The translations under genes were made by a program, and so were the position numbers. Shown in pieces: positions 24,723 through 38,325 of a stretch of DNA of 64,000 nucleotides (the stretch's first letter is position 1; each line of letters begins with the position of its first letter). The notes under the pieces were generated by a model. It was not told the origin of the DNA, did not search any database, and saw only the letters and a program-made list of their open reading frames with translations. The stretch covers positions 992,001 to 1,056,000 of the forward strand of contig OZ024740.1 in assembly GCA_964016885.1 (NCBI GenBank). Reading direction: 5' to 3'. The stretch is from Eledone cirrhosa. Taxonomy: Eukaryota.

Positions 24723-25670
24723 AAATGTAACCATAACAGTTCTACAGACTCCATTTGTTAAATATGTTTTTAACTGGAATCAAAATCCTTTGCATGTCTA
24801 ATTTTTGTCTTCCTAAATTCATTTTTAATGATGTAAATGCAAAATTCTTTTTTTATTTTTTTATTTGTTTGCAACAGCTAAAATTCCCTGTTGTAATGTG
24901 TAATTGAGAGACCCTCTATCACCTGAGGTAATGATATGTCTTGTCTCTATCACCTGAACTAATGCTGTGTCTTGTCTCAGATATGTTAGAGGTTAACACC
25001 AACATTCCCTGTTGTGGTGTGTAATTGAGAGACTCTATCACCTGAACTAATGCTGTGAGTGCCTTGTCTCAGAAATATTAGAAAGCAGCACCAACATTAT
25101 CACATATTAAACTCATATTGTATGTCATTTAACAAGTGCTGCGTTATTGTTCAATTATTTAATGACAGCCAATCATATCACAATCATGTGTTTCAAGTGT
25201 GCTCATATTTTTGCCTATTATACTTCAGCTTAACTGGGGTACACAATTTTATCCAACAGGTTTGAAGTACAGCCTGACAGCTCCAGGAGTACACTATTAT
25301 TTCTGTTGCCATGGAATTACATTCAGTGTTGTTGTTACATCCTCACTTTAGTTCTACAGTTCAACATTTCTTCATTTCAACATTTCTACAGCTTATTGTG
25401 TTGAAATAGACATTTACAAATAACTGTTCCTAGTTCAATTTCTTACACATTTAATTGAAGGAGTGTATATGTCTTTTCCTGGTTTTTATATTCTTTCTTT
25501 TTAGCATAAATCATTTATTAGGTTTTCATAACATATTAAATAAACTATATTTATCTCCTGAAATTCAATTTATTTTTTGTTAAGTAAAGAGTTACATTTG
25601 AGGAATTTGTCCAGTCTGTGATTCCATACTTTTGTTAATTTCCCATCTAAATATCTGTTATGAACACCAT

Positions 25671-26583
25671 CATCATCATCATCATCACCGTTTTACGTCC
25701 GTTCTTCCACGCTAGCATGGGTTAGACGGGTTGTCCTGTTGTGGGCAGTGTCTGGTCGGCTGACCATGCCTTGCTCATACAGGAACTGATCTGGCTTGAT
25801 TTCTACAGCTGGATGCCCTTCCTAACACCAACCTCATTTACAGTGAGTGCTGGGTGCTTTTTCGTGGCGCCTACACGTCCACTTTACAGTGTGGGCTGGG
25901 TACTTTTTTGCCGTGGCAGCTCCACGACCACCTTGCGGTGGGGGGGGGGGGGGGGGAGCATATTGTTTATATGCTTCAGCATGTACCCATGGGAGGTCGG
26001 GTACCCTGTATTACTGCGTGACGCCAGAAGTCACGGTTGTGTGTCATTGACTTTGAGAGGTGTAGTTGGGTAAGGTCGGCTTTTATCACCTCATCCCAAG
26101 TCATCTTGGGTCTCCCCACTCCGCGGTTTCCATCAACTTCTAGTGCTCTGCACCTTTTTATGCAGCTGTCATCCTTCATACGCATCACATGTCCATACCA
26201 GCGTAACCGCCTCTCCTGCACGCAGCATTTGATTCCTCTTATGCTCAGTCTCTCTCTCAATTCATTTATGCTTTGTCGTTCACGTATATTACTGTTACAC
26301 ATCCATCGGAGCATGCAGGCTTCGTTTCTCTCTAATCTACGTAAGTCTTCCACCTTCAGCGCCCAGGTCTCACTACCATGCAACATCGCTGTTCGGATAC
26401 ACGCATCATACAGTCTGCCTTTCATTCTGAGGGAGAAGCCTTTTGCAGCTAGCAGTGGTAGTAGTTCCCTAAACTTCTTCCATCCCGTTCTTACCCTAGT
26501 TATTGTACTTTCTGAGCACCCACCTCCGTTGCTAATTCGGTCACCTAGGTAGCAGAAGCTGTCTACTGTTTCTACAGGGCCCT
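25671..26583 (-). mobile_element. Young RTE 3' fragment with 5-bp TSD
   Basis: ORF 25976-26425. 'accat' at 25666-25670 and 26584-26588. Empty site in the inverted paralog near 48570. Confidence 0.92.
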
Positions 26584-27894
26584 ACCATATGTAATGATAT
26601 CTTGAAAGTAGTTAGAATAAATCAAACAAACACTTCATTGGTATTTGAAATGTTTAAAATTCTATTGGATGTTGTTGGTTTTAAAACTTGTGAGGCCCCA
26701 GAGGTTTTAATGGCTACTTCAACACATCTCCCTCACTGTCCTCCAGGTTAACCCTTTCTCCATTCTGTCCTTAGCCAGGAGCATGAGGCAACTGGTACCT
26801 GGGTTTCTGCAGGTCAGAGAGAATTTTGAGACACTGTCTTGGCTGGTATCATTGGGGTAGTGATAGTATAGGTTACTGAGTGTTGTTAGACACAGTAAAT
26901 AATGGCATTTGATGTAGGCACAGGCCCAATAGCATTGGGGGTGGGGAAAGTTAAATCAACCTCAGTGCATTACTAGTACTTTATTTTATCAACCATGTAT
27001 GGATGAAAGGTAAAGCTACCCTCCACAAGATTTGAACTCAGAACGTAACAGGACATAACTATATGATGCAAAGCTTGTTGTCTGGCGCTCTACCGATTAT
27101 TGCCAATTTACAGCACTAGTCACACTAAATAAAAGTGCTTTGGGAAATTTGAAGTAACAAACTTGTTAAATCTCTATTGATTTGTAAATTAGGCTCAAGA
27201 CCACCAATTTTTGGGGAAGGACAAAGTTTATTAAATCAACAGTAGTACATATAATATATTTTATCTAGCCTAGAAAAATGAAATATAAAATTTACCTCAG
27301 TGGGATTTGAACTCAGAATGTTAAGAACCAGGACAAATACTGCAATGGTAGGTTATCTGACACTCTACCAATTCTGTCATTCTACCATCTTTGTTTAAAT
27401 CTATATTAAAGTAAATGTAGAATATATTTGTCCTTCTACCGTTTGAAATTCTACTGAAATCATCTCAGGACAACACAGTAGTGTTTCAATAAAGCTGTTA
27501 TTTATTAAATCATTTATTTAAACCGTCCGTATCCGGCCAGAATTCTCTTACATTTTCTGTTCTAACTGGCCCTAATAAGCTGCTCATGCTGATGTTAAGG
27601 TATTGTTCCCAAAATAAATAATTTTAAAATCTCACAGATTCAATATTTTGTGAGATAATTATGTTTACTGCGAAAATATAATAGTAAATATAGAGTAACG
27701 TTAATGATAAAGGGTTAACGAAAAATAGAAGAAAACCAGATGTTACTGGATTCAGTGTTTAGTGCTAAGGGAGACAACACCATCTAGCTTAAATTAAGTC
27801 CCAGGTTAGTATGATCAAGTAAACTTATAATTAAAGGTTTTCCTGCTGTGAGAATAAACTATAATGGCATATATATGTGTGTGTATATATATAT

Positions 27895-28235
27895 ATAATA
27901 TTAGTAATAAACAGACGATATATACTTTATATCATCTCTATTTATTTCATTATATATATTTCGAAGATGCAAAGTTTTATGTATAACAGGAAGCAAAACA
28001 TGTTCTCCTTAGAGAAAATACATAGAAAATGTATAATTTTTTCCTGATATGTTGGTAGACAAACGAACTGGACAGATCGGTAACCATCAGGTATATATAT
28101 ATATAAATGAAAAGTATAGAAAATATTGTAGCAAAAAGCCAATATATATATATGTCTATATACTCAAATAATGAATCAAAACACATCAAATATGTTTAGA
28201 ATTTTGTGTTTCTCAATAAGCAAACTCAATAGACT
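27895..28235 (-). mobile_element. Penelope pLTR-like relic with a degenerate hammerhead (27943-28020)
   Basis: Minus strand tattttct-CTAAGGA-gaacatg...gcatcttc-GAAA-tatatata-atgaaataaat. 3' half matches the ribozyme at 34165-34187. Confidence 0.55.
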
Positions 28236-28247
28236 TTATCTAGAGCC

Positions 28248-28445
28248 ATAACAACCAATTACAAAGATATATATATATATAGAGAGAGAGACATAACAAC
28301 CAAATACAAAGATATATGTATATATATATATATATATAGAGAGAGAGATATAACAACCAAATACAAAGATATATGTATATATATATATAGAGAGAGAGAG
28401 AGATATAACAACCAAATACAAAGATATATGTATAGAGAGAGAAAG
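28248..28445. repeat. Compound minisatellite ataacaaccaaatacaaagat(TA)n(GA)n, 4 copies
   Basis: Direct reading. Confidence 0.85.
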
Positions 28446-28540
28446 ACCCATATATCATATTTTATACGATATTTGGCTCTTTCTCTCTCTGTATATATAA
28501 CCAAGTGAAAAGATATATGTATATATCTTTTCACTTGGTT

Positions 28541-28860
28541 CATCATCATCATCATCATTTCATTTTATGTCCGCTTTTTCCCTGCTTGCAAGGGTGGGAC
28601 GAGAACTGATGCTGGCTTGATTTCTACAGCTGGATGCCCTTCCTAACACCAACCTCATTTACAGTGAGTGCTGGGTGCTTTTTTGCAGTGGAATGATAGG
28701 GACCCTGTCCCTATCATCTCATTTCTACAGCTGAGTAAACTGGAGCAATGTGAAATAAAGTGTCTTGCTCAAGGAAACAACACATCACCCGGTCTGAGAA
28801 TTGAACTCACAACCTTTCGATTGCAAGGCCAATGCTCTAACCACTAAGCCATGTGCCTCC
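28541..28860 (-). mobile_element. tRNA-derived CORE-type SINE (family B) with RTE-derived tail
   Basis: Reverse complement of the 38326 head (A box tggcttagtgg, B box gagttcaattc). Confidence 0.85.
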
Positions 28861-28929
28861 ATCTCTTTGGTTATATATATATATTATAAGAACAGATTAA
28901 AGTTTAAGCAAAGAATCACTGCTTTCACC

Positions 28930-29320
28930 TCGGGAGAGGTTGTGAGGAGTATATGTGCTTTTGTAGGATGTTAGTCATGGTAAGTTTTAACTGTGAGAGT
29001 TTATTATCGAGATCCTACGAAAACACACACATACTCACCACAACCTCTCCAGACCACAACTCGCTACCCTAAGCAACCTCAGATCTAAGAACCTTGTATA
29101 CCTTCCATTGGACAAGGGAAAAGAGTTTTGTGTTATTACCAGAGAGGCCTACAACAACCGAGCCCACCAACATCTCTACTCGGACGTCACTGGAATTACA
29201 CCAACACTGATAGAAAACCAGATCAACACTGCCTGGACCAACATCTCGAAGGCTCCTGAAGAGATTCCGGTAGAATTACATAACAAGAAACAGCAGGCTA
29301 CCCAACTTCTGCCATCTGAT
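28930..29320 (+). mobile_element. Penelope-like RT N-terminal relic
   Basis: NLVYLPLDKGKEFCVITREAYNNRAHQHL matches the PLE 'DKG..VV....Y' motif. Imperfect ~40-bp inversion at its 5' side. Confidence 0.55.
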
Positions 29321-29919
29321 CATTTTACAGGAAAGGAAAATGTTTTTTTAATCAGAAATCAGTGAACAATTAGTTTTTACTAAATTTTATTGACTTTATA
29401 TTTGGTCTTGAAAACTAAAGTACGTATTATTTCATTTTCCACCACAACACAAACATTGTGAACTTTGCTATCTGAAGTGAAATATCTTGATTTATTACAT
29501 GTACACACATATTTCTACACACACACACGTCTCTCTCTAACCCCCCCCCCCCCCCCCTGTCACACACACTCTCTCTCTGATTGAATTATACATATATATA
29601 ATATACAATTGAATTTTCTTCGTCGAAAATCAGTCTTGGGCTGTCATATGTCTTATTACTTGTACCAACTAAATGCTACATTACAACTTTCTAGAAGAAG
29701 AAAGCTAAGTTCTGCAGTCTTTTGTGGACCCTTTGTATATTAGACTACATGGCATCTATTAACGATATCTACATTTCTTTCGTTTTCCACCACGGCACAA
29801 GCATTGTGAACTTTTCTAGTATCTAAAGTGAAATATCTTCACTTATTACAACACGTACACACATATTTCTGCACACACACACACATCTATTTCTCTCTCT
29901 CATACGTACATACTGTATG

Positions 29920-29952
<33 letters not shown>

Positions 29953-29957
<5 letters not shown>

Positions 29958-30096
29958 AACGAGTAGGACCCCGACGGCTGAGCTCAAGCCGTTTCGACGG
30001 GGTCCTACTCGTTCCTATTACCCACTCTACTACCCTAAGTATTGAGTACTTTGGTGCGTTATGGTCCACCTGGTTCCTTACCACATTTCCTTCGTT
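29953..30096 (-). mobile_element. Short insert in (TA)n with a 21-bp hairpin and half a hammerhead
   Basis: Arms 29953-29973 and 29998-30018. Minus strand GAAACGGCT-tgagctc-AGCCGTC. Absent from paralogs (e.g. 6820, 18860). Confidence 0.7.
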
Positions 30097-30291
30097 ATAT
30101 ATATATATATATATTAACCTTCGTCTTTTGAAATTATGGATATTAATTCTCTTGTCACCTGAAATGTCCTCAATAACAAGAACCTTAACTATAGAAGACT
30201 TATTCGTCTGTTTTATGAGCTGAGGATTTTAGTGTGAATAGAGCTTCTTTCACCTTAACAAAAATAATAGTTGAATACAACACAATAATCA

Positions 30292-30342
<51 letters not shown>

Positions 30343-30381
30343 GATATTAATAAATGGAAACTATATTTATAAAACCATATT

Positions 30382-30446
30382 TATTTCATTATACATATTT
30401 CAGGGATACCAAATTAAATTATGGTATGCCTTCATCAGACAAAATA
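30382..30446 (-). ncRNA. Minimal hammerhead ribozyme in the 3' pLTR
   Basis: Exact reverse complement of 34120-34184. Confidence 0.8.
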
Positions 30447-30983
30447 CAATATATAACAGTTTTACAAATAAGCTTTGACGTACCCTATTAAAATGCAACC
30501 ATTGTTTTTGGAAGTCATCCGGATAGTGAATTGTTTATATAACTTTAATAAGTCATAGTGTTAAGGACAATTAGAAAAAGACGGAGAGAAAGAAAAAACG
30601 TGGAGAAATATCGGAGAGAGAGAGAGATGCATGGAAAAAAAAAGAAAGAGATAAGTAAAGACAGGAGGAAAGGAAGAAATAAGAAAAACAGAGAGATATT
30701 AGGTCAACAGACAGATAGAAAAACTCAAGAGAGATAAATGTTATATAGAGAGAGAGGGAGATTATGAAAACTTTACGTCATGTCATGTTAAGTTGAGTTA
30801 ACAATTCATATGAAATGAATAATAAAAATATAAATATTAATATTCATGAATGGGACATAGATATATAATATGAGAAATTAAACATTGTTTAATAATGACT
30901 ATATGTTTAGTTTAAACCTTGAGATCAATATACCAAAATTTGGGTTTAATCTCCAAAATGTACACATTGCTAGAGAAAGACAC

Positions 30984-31045
<62 letters not shown>

Positions 31046-32094
31046 GCACGTCCTGAAAATAGAAATTATATTTACTCAAGTCAACAATATAGACATATAA
31101 AGCGCAGACGATTTCTCTTAATCACTGCTATACATTCGTTGTGTTATAAAAAGTTCACAGTATATATACACATAAATATATACGATTAACATTCATGACT
31201 TCGTATATATTATTACCATTCATGCATTTAACATTTCTGCAATCCAAACTGCGTGGTTATGCAATATAACTTTTACCCACACATATACATACTCACACAC
31301 ATATACATGTACACCTATATATGTATAAATAAATATCTGCGTGCGTCATCAGGCATCGCTCATGTATACATACAGACATATATACAATCATAAAAAACCT
31401 ATAACACTTTTATATGCATGTTAATACACATACTTTTGTATAGAGATAATCAAATATCAATATATTACTAAGGATTATACTTTGGAAATATAATTATACC
31501 AATATAAATTTAAAATACTAAAGGATTATATTTTGGAAATACAACTATATCAATATAGTCAAAAGGACAAACGAATTCTAGAAATGTCAAAGCATTAAAT
31601 ATCTTTAAAACACTATAGAGTATCTTAAGTTAAAATAATATGTTTCATATATTTAGTATAGAAAATTATCCTACTTATATTTCAATCAAGATATTGAAAG
31701 GGTAGACTTATGAGAATTATGAGAAGCTATCAGAATCAAAGCAAAACTAATAAAAATAAATAAAAATAAAATTAAATAAAAGTTAAATAAATATTATATC
31801 AATATAATTTAAAAATTTAAAGATCTAAAAATTTCAAAAAGAATTTAAAAAATTTTCAAAATTCAAAAATTTTAAAGATTTAAAAAACCAAGGATTCTAG
31901 AGATATCCTTATATTTAGTATAGAAATTTATCCTACGTATATTTTATTTAAGATATTGTAAGTGTAGACGTTTTAAAGTAGTTTATTATATCTATGTTTA
32001 TATTTAGGAAGACAGTTTAAAAAGAAAAAGGTGAAGGAATCTAATGATTTATCGACAGGTTTTATATATTAACTAAATTACTTAATTAATTATA

Positions 32095-34008
32095 CTACAT
32101 TTTAAATTTATATTTATATTTAAACGTTGAGTTCAATCTATGTCTGCAGCAACTGAATAAATTGTTCCTTAAATTAAGGGAATTTTTGGACTTTAATATA
32201 AAGAATATTTCTTCAATACAAAGATCACAATTTTCAGAAGAGGAATTAAAAGGAGTAGCTTATGAAATAATATTCCAAGTCATCGAATATTTAACATTAT
32301 CTCGTTTTAGGTATCATAGTAGGCTAGATAGCGAAGTTGAAGATTTTTTGTTTGGATCTGTGAAATAATTTTTATGATTATTGAAGCGAAATTTAAATTC
32401 AGTCGAGGTAGAACCAACATAGTTGAACGAATTTAAATTAGTTTTAACATTACAATTGTACACTACATTTTTAGCTAAGCAGTTGTTATTTAGCGGACAG
32501 TTAGATTTATTTCTACAGTTACAGTTATTCAATTGAACATTGCTTGGGTTATTATTGGTATTTTGGTTAGGTTTTAAATTTCTATTATTAATTCTATTAA
32601 TATTTTGTGCTAAATTTTTGGTGGACGAGTAAGTTAATTTTATAGTGTGTCTATTAAAAATTGAGTAATATTTATGTGTTCTAGGGAAGCGTTTGTCAAG
32701 AGCTTTAAAGAATAGTTTAGCAATAGGGGTTTTAATATTTAGTGAGAAAGGGGGAGCAAACCATAATATGTTTCTAGTTCTATTTCTTTTTCGGCTTTTG
32801 GAATTATTGTAATGTTTTCTATTATAGTTGCTAAAGTTGTTACCATAATTAAAATTGTTATTATTTTGGTTAGTTTGCTTATTATTATTATTATCAATGT
32901 ATTTAATTTCATTTCTATATCCAGCTCTACCTAACGCTTCGTTGTAATACTGCGCTTTTTCATCAAATATATTTTTATTAGATGAAATTCTTGAAATTCT
33001 TTCTTGAACAGAGTTCACTATAGTATTTTTAACAGATCTGGGGTGATTAGAGTTAAAATTAAGATAATTCAAGTTCTCATTTAGTTTGTGAAATGGATAA
33101 TGAAGACATGTGTTGAGATTTAGTGTTACGTCAAGAAAATTGACTATTTTATGGTTATTCTCTATTTCTACTTTTAGATTATGGTAATTAAAAAATTGTA
33201 TAATTTGTTTTCTTTTCCTATTTAGTTCACAGCTATTATTTTGTATAAGTAAAAGCATGTCATCACGATATAAGCCTCCGGTTACACCTGGTATTTTTCT
33301 ATGTAGCGAATTAATTATAAATAGGCCCACAAGGTCCGTTACCTGAGCTGAGTCTGATGATCCCATAGTTATGTCGAAATTATTATTTCTATCTGCCCTA
33401 GTCCAGAGTTGGTTATTAAATTCTATCAATGTTTTCCTTGCCGATAATATAGTGTGCATTTCATTGCTAGTTAGGTCAGTATGTTTAAATGCGTAATTTA
33501 GTGCCTTATTCAGTAGATTAGGAGTGATAGATGAGTAGTAGTTAGTAATATCCAGCTGAATAAACTTATTATTATAGTTATATTTAATTTCTTTAAACCA
33601 ATCGATAACCTCACTAGTCCCTTTCCATAATTTTAAGTAAGATAAATTAGGTAAGTTTTTAATTTGTTGTATTACCCTGTCTAGAATATTTTTGCTAAGT
33701 TTGCCCAGGTCAGATTTAGATGGTGCAATTAATCTGACTGGTAAATCATTTTCAAAGTTTCTTTTGTGATCCTTCATATTGATCTTAGGTTTCCTAGGCA
33801 TGAAGGGTTGTGTTTTATTCTCAATGTCTAATTCATGCATTATACAAGATGCATCTGTATTCAATTTTTCAAGTTCGTCCTTATTTGCTACCTTGTACTT
33901 TTTCCTTAGTTCTTTCAATATAAGGTCGTTATACATGTCCTTTTCTATTCCATTTCTTTCTCTCCGTCTTTTTCTTTCTCTCCGTCTTTTTCTAATTGTC
34001 CTTAACAC
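32095..34008 (-). pseudogene. Penelope RT + GIY-YIG endonuclease ORF with two late in-frame stops
   Basis: QLDITNYYSSI, ITMGS, GLYRDD, CNC..CPL..CL and NVVY..YVGST..RFNNH. The frame continues past TGA (32314) and TAA (32260) through CDLC..E and LN.R...SCCRH to TAG at 32095. Confidence 0.9.
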
Positions 34009-34119
34009 TATGACTTATTAAAGTTATATAAACAATTCACTATCCGGATGACTTCCAAAAACAATGGTTGCATTTTAATAGGGTACGTCAAAGCTTATTT
34101 GTAAAACTGTTATATATTG

Positions 34120-34184
34120 TATTTTGTCTGATGAAGGCATACCATAATTTAATTTGGTATCCCTGAAATATGTATAATGAAATA
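34120..34184 (+). ncRNA. Minimal hammerhead ribozyme in the inverted pLTR
   Basis: tattttgt-CTGATGA(34128)-aggcatacca/tggtatccct-GAAA(34165)-tatgtaTA|atgaaata. Predicted cleavage after 34176. Confidence 0.8.
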
Positions 34185-34312
34185 AATTTGGTTTTATAAA
34201 TATAGTTTCCATTTATTAATATCGTATATCTACTCCAAATACTTGTCGAGTGCTTTATATCAGTTATAAAAATATTTACTTGTTGTATCCCAACAATTTT
34301 AAATAGAACTTT

Positions 34313-34389
<77 letters not shown>

Positions 34390-34391
<2 letters not shown>

Positions 34392-35346
34392 TAGACATGA
34401 AAAATGCGCAAGCTCAAAAGTGCCACAGAATGTTATAATAAACCTTCAAAAGTGTGGGACTAGAGTTGTTGCTAAAAAATATTGTAATCATTATATATCG
34501 TACATTCTGTGGCATCCTTTATAAAAATAGCTTAAACCAACGAAGCCTTTATTTTTACGCTATTTCACTTAGTTAATTCTTAGAGTGTAACATATAAAAA
34601 TATGATTTACAACTATAAAATAAATTAATTAATATAATAACAGAGCTGCGGAGCTGAAATTTAGGAAATAATGGAGTATCGGATCCTGAGTTGGAGCCAG
34701 TCAATTTTTGACCGACTCCGCAGCCCTGTATAATACATTTCATATTAAAGTTATTAATAAACCTATTTTACACTTCATGCAAATTACCACGAGATATTGA
34801 TATTAGATATAAGATACAGCGCAATATCTACAGCTGTAAAAGTACGAAAGCGAAGTAATAATAAGTGGCTTAAGGTAATTCCAATATGAAAGTTTGTAGT
34901 GATAAAAATTTGATAATGCAATACGATTGTTAATATTATAGTTCTATGAAAATGTAACAATAGATAACTAAATTATTTTACTATCAGTATATTTAAGAAA
35001 TTATCATTATAGATTTGATCGTTCATATAAGCATCATATTAAGTTTCAACACAATTATTTTGTTACTATGAGTATATGATAATAATATTACGTAATTATT
35101 TATAGCTGTTATTACATTAAACATAGATGTATTTATTTTTATATGTTACACTCTAAGAATTAACTAAGTGAAATAGCGTAAAAATAAAGGCTTCGTTGGT
35201 TTAAGCTATTTTTATAAAGGATGCCACAGAATGTACGATATATAATGATTACAATATTTTTTAGCAACAACTCTAGTCCCACACTTTTGAAGGTTTATTA
35301 TAACATTCTGTGGCACTTTTGAGCTTGCGCATTTTTCATGTCTAGT
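34390..35346. mobile_element. Foldback/MITE-like element with 213-bp inverted arms
   Basis: Arms 34390-34602 and 35134-35346, no mismatch seen by eye. Termini ACTAG...CTAGT. Confidence 0.85.
34641..34728. mobile_element. 88-bp hAT-type MITE
   Basis: TIRs cagagctgcggag and ctccgcagccctg. 8-bp TSD tataataa/tataatac. Confidence 0.75.
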
Positions 35347-36460
35347 TTAATATTTTTTTAAGGCAACGCTTGTAATAACTCTAGTTAAACAGGATATATA
35401 TTAATAATAAATTATCGTTGTAATGTAATTAGATTATGTAATTGTTATTATAAATTATCTTATAAATATTAGTGTAAGATGTATAAAAATATTTTCAGAC
35501 TTTTAATATAAACAACTACAAAAAACAATCAATATTAAATCAATATATTATACATAATAGAAAACATAAAATATACAATACAAAAACAAAATATTTACAT
35601 ACATTTGCAATTATCAGTGTATATACATTTTCTTTATATTCCCTGAGCAAATTAATAAGATTTGTTTTTATTGTACATAATTTGATGACTTGTTGGAGTG
35701 TATTAAAAGATAGCAACAATTTGTGATTAAATTGTTATCTTAAGCAACTCACTTTTTAATAGTTGTTGGCTGAGCGAAATTGTAAAAGCCTATGAGCAAA
35801 TATAAAAAAAAATACACAAACAACATTTCCTTGTGTTATTACAACATTAGATAAAATAATTGAGCAATGTCGTTATATTTTGCTCTTATTGCACATTAAT
35901 AGTGTTTCTATTTTTCGGCACAAATCCATTACGGCAGTCCATTACTGGTACTTTATTTTATCGAATTAGTAAGTATGAAAGTCGAAGTTAACCTCGGCAG
36001 GATTTGAACTTAGAATGCAAAGGACCATAACAATACTGCAAAGCATGGTGTCTGACGCTCTACCAATACTTGTGTTGAGCTGGTCATTAATTTATGGTGG
36101 TCGTGCGTGAAGTAGAGCAATCGCTAGTTGAAATATTATGAACAAAACATTTTTATTTGCCGAAGAACATATTTTCAATACTGTTTGTGAATGTGACGAA
36201 GGAAATACATTCTGATATGGAACAGTGTACAAAGTGTGTCTGTGAATAACATAATGTTACCTCATGTTGTTGTCAAGACATAATGGATTTCGTTTATCCA
36301 GTTAGAAGATGAAACCTAGCCATCTCGGATTAGTTATATTTCATGCCATGTGTAAACGTGTTTGAGGATAGCAAAATATGCGCGTTAATTATAATAATTA
36401 GTTAATAATATTACAAAATATACCTAATTAAACTCTTTGCTTGAAATTTTATCATTCTTC

Positions 36461-36573
<113 letters not shown>

Positions 36574-36797
36574 TCTAGTCCTTCGCTCAAGATTAATCTA
36601 TAAGTTTAGATGTTTGCCTTCGTTTAAGTAAATATTACAGTAAGATTTTTAATATAAACAACTGCAAAAAACAATTAATATTAAAACGAAAAAATTATCA
36701 ATGATAAAAGAAGCGGATGCAACTTTTTTTTTTATAAAGTTATATTCCTGTTTCTTTAAAGAACATTTCATTTTTGTTCTATTGTAGGCGAAATAAT

Positions 36798-36983
36798 TGT
36801 TTCTACTTTAGGCACAAGGCCAGCAAATTACCCAGTACATTACTGGTACTTTATTTTATCGACCCCGTAAGGATGAAAGGCAAAGTTAACCTCGGCGGGA
36901 TTTGAACTCAGACTGTAAAGGGACGTAACTATGCTAGAAAGCATGGCGTCCAACCCTCTACCGATACTGCCAATTCACCGCCC
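36798..36983 (-). mobile_element. SINE family A with 15-bp TSD
   Basis: tgtaggcgaaataat at 36783-36797 and 36984-36998. Confidence 0.92.
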
Positions 36984-38172
36984 TGTAGGCGAAATAATGC
37001 AATGGTTTAATAGGGAAGATATAACTTACGAATTATGTCTCTAACCGTGTAACGCTTTTTAAGTAGATAACTACAATTGAAAATACTAAAGAAATGGAAC
37101 CAACAATTCAATTTGAAAGTCGTCTAGTGACAGTGTATTACTGGTACTTTATTTTATCGACCCCGTAACGATGAAAGGCAAAAATGCAAATGCTTAAAAT
37201 TTAAATTGCCTTAATTCTATCGTCTGCTGTTTCATTAAAGGGAGATTATCGTCTGTATTTAATTCTATCGTCTACTGTTCCACTAAACAGATATACCTCC
37301 ACTATCGTCTCTATTTATACATTTTAACTTATAACTTATACACATTTGATTTGAAATATTTTATCTAGTCCCCCCTCTCAATATTATGATGATTTCTTTC
37401 GAATGAAACAGTTCTAGTCCTGTAGAAGCCATTTATATATATAATTGAACTGAGTTAAAAATTCACAATATTTATAATTAAATAAGCTCATATATATATG
37501 TGTGTATTTATCTGTTTATTGTATTATATATAATGTGTGTATATACAGGATGTCCCCCAAAAATATATACACACTTCAACAGCATTCTAATAACTATTGC
37601 CTGTACAGGTAATCAAAGTGTCAATCGAATGTTAGTTTCGTGTTTTAACAGTACAAATTTACAATACACACATAAAACCAGTGTATATACATACATGAGT
37701 GTGTATACACATACATGAATGTGTATATACAATATATATGTATATATATATATAGACACATGTATTCACGGTGCAACGGTACATTAAAATATAGATGCGG
37801 GAGAGGGGGTGTATATATAGGGGCGCTGGGGATAAAGGAGTGTAAAGCGTGTGTAATTGATATATTGAAGGAGAGGAGCGTGCAGCGATAGAGTAACAAA
37901 TATATAGAGAGGGGGAGAGATGGTATTGAAGGGGAGGAGTGCAAAGCGAAAGAGTAAGAGATATAAATAGAGACGGAACAGATAGAGAGAAACAGGCGTA
38001 AGTAACAGTGGAAGAGATATAGAGAGAGGTACTCTGATTGGTTGAAAATTAGCCAATGACATACGATCACCACCACGGCTATCCCCGAAAAATTTTTAAA
38101 GAAGCTAGGCATATATGTTAGAACACGAAAAGTGAACATTCTGTGTTTCACACTTTTCGTGTTCTAACAGAT

Positions 38173-38325
<153 letters not shown>

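Larger units (their letters stand above)
30341..34313 (-). mobile_element. Penelope-like retroelement (Naiad-type), 5'-truncated with an inverted pLTR, flanked by (TA)n
   Basis: RT plus GIY-YIG ORF. 257-bp inverted repeat at 30341-30597 and 33969-34225, with a hammerhead in each arm. Confidence 0.9.

Noticed and set aside
31340-31355. CTGATGA on the minus strand (also plus-strand cases at 14581, 14961, 33354 and 39246)
   Set aside because: No stem II followed by GAAA and no closing stems.
32314-32316. In-frame TGA in the Penelope ORF as selenocysteine (reported for some Naiad elements)
   Set aside because: It aligns to a Trp position (LS...W.LK), a TAA follows 18 codons later, and the motif cysteines use normal codons. 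An ordinary nonsense mutation is more likely.
37543-37590. Tc1/mariner-like terminus 'tacaggatgtccc'
   Set aside because: No convincing partner TIR or transposase found.
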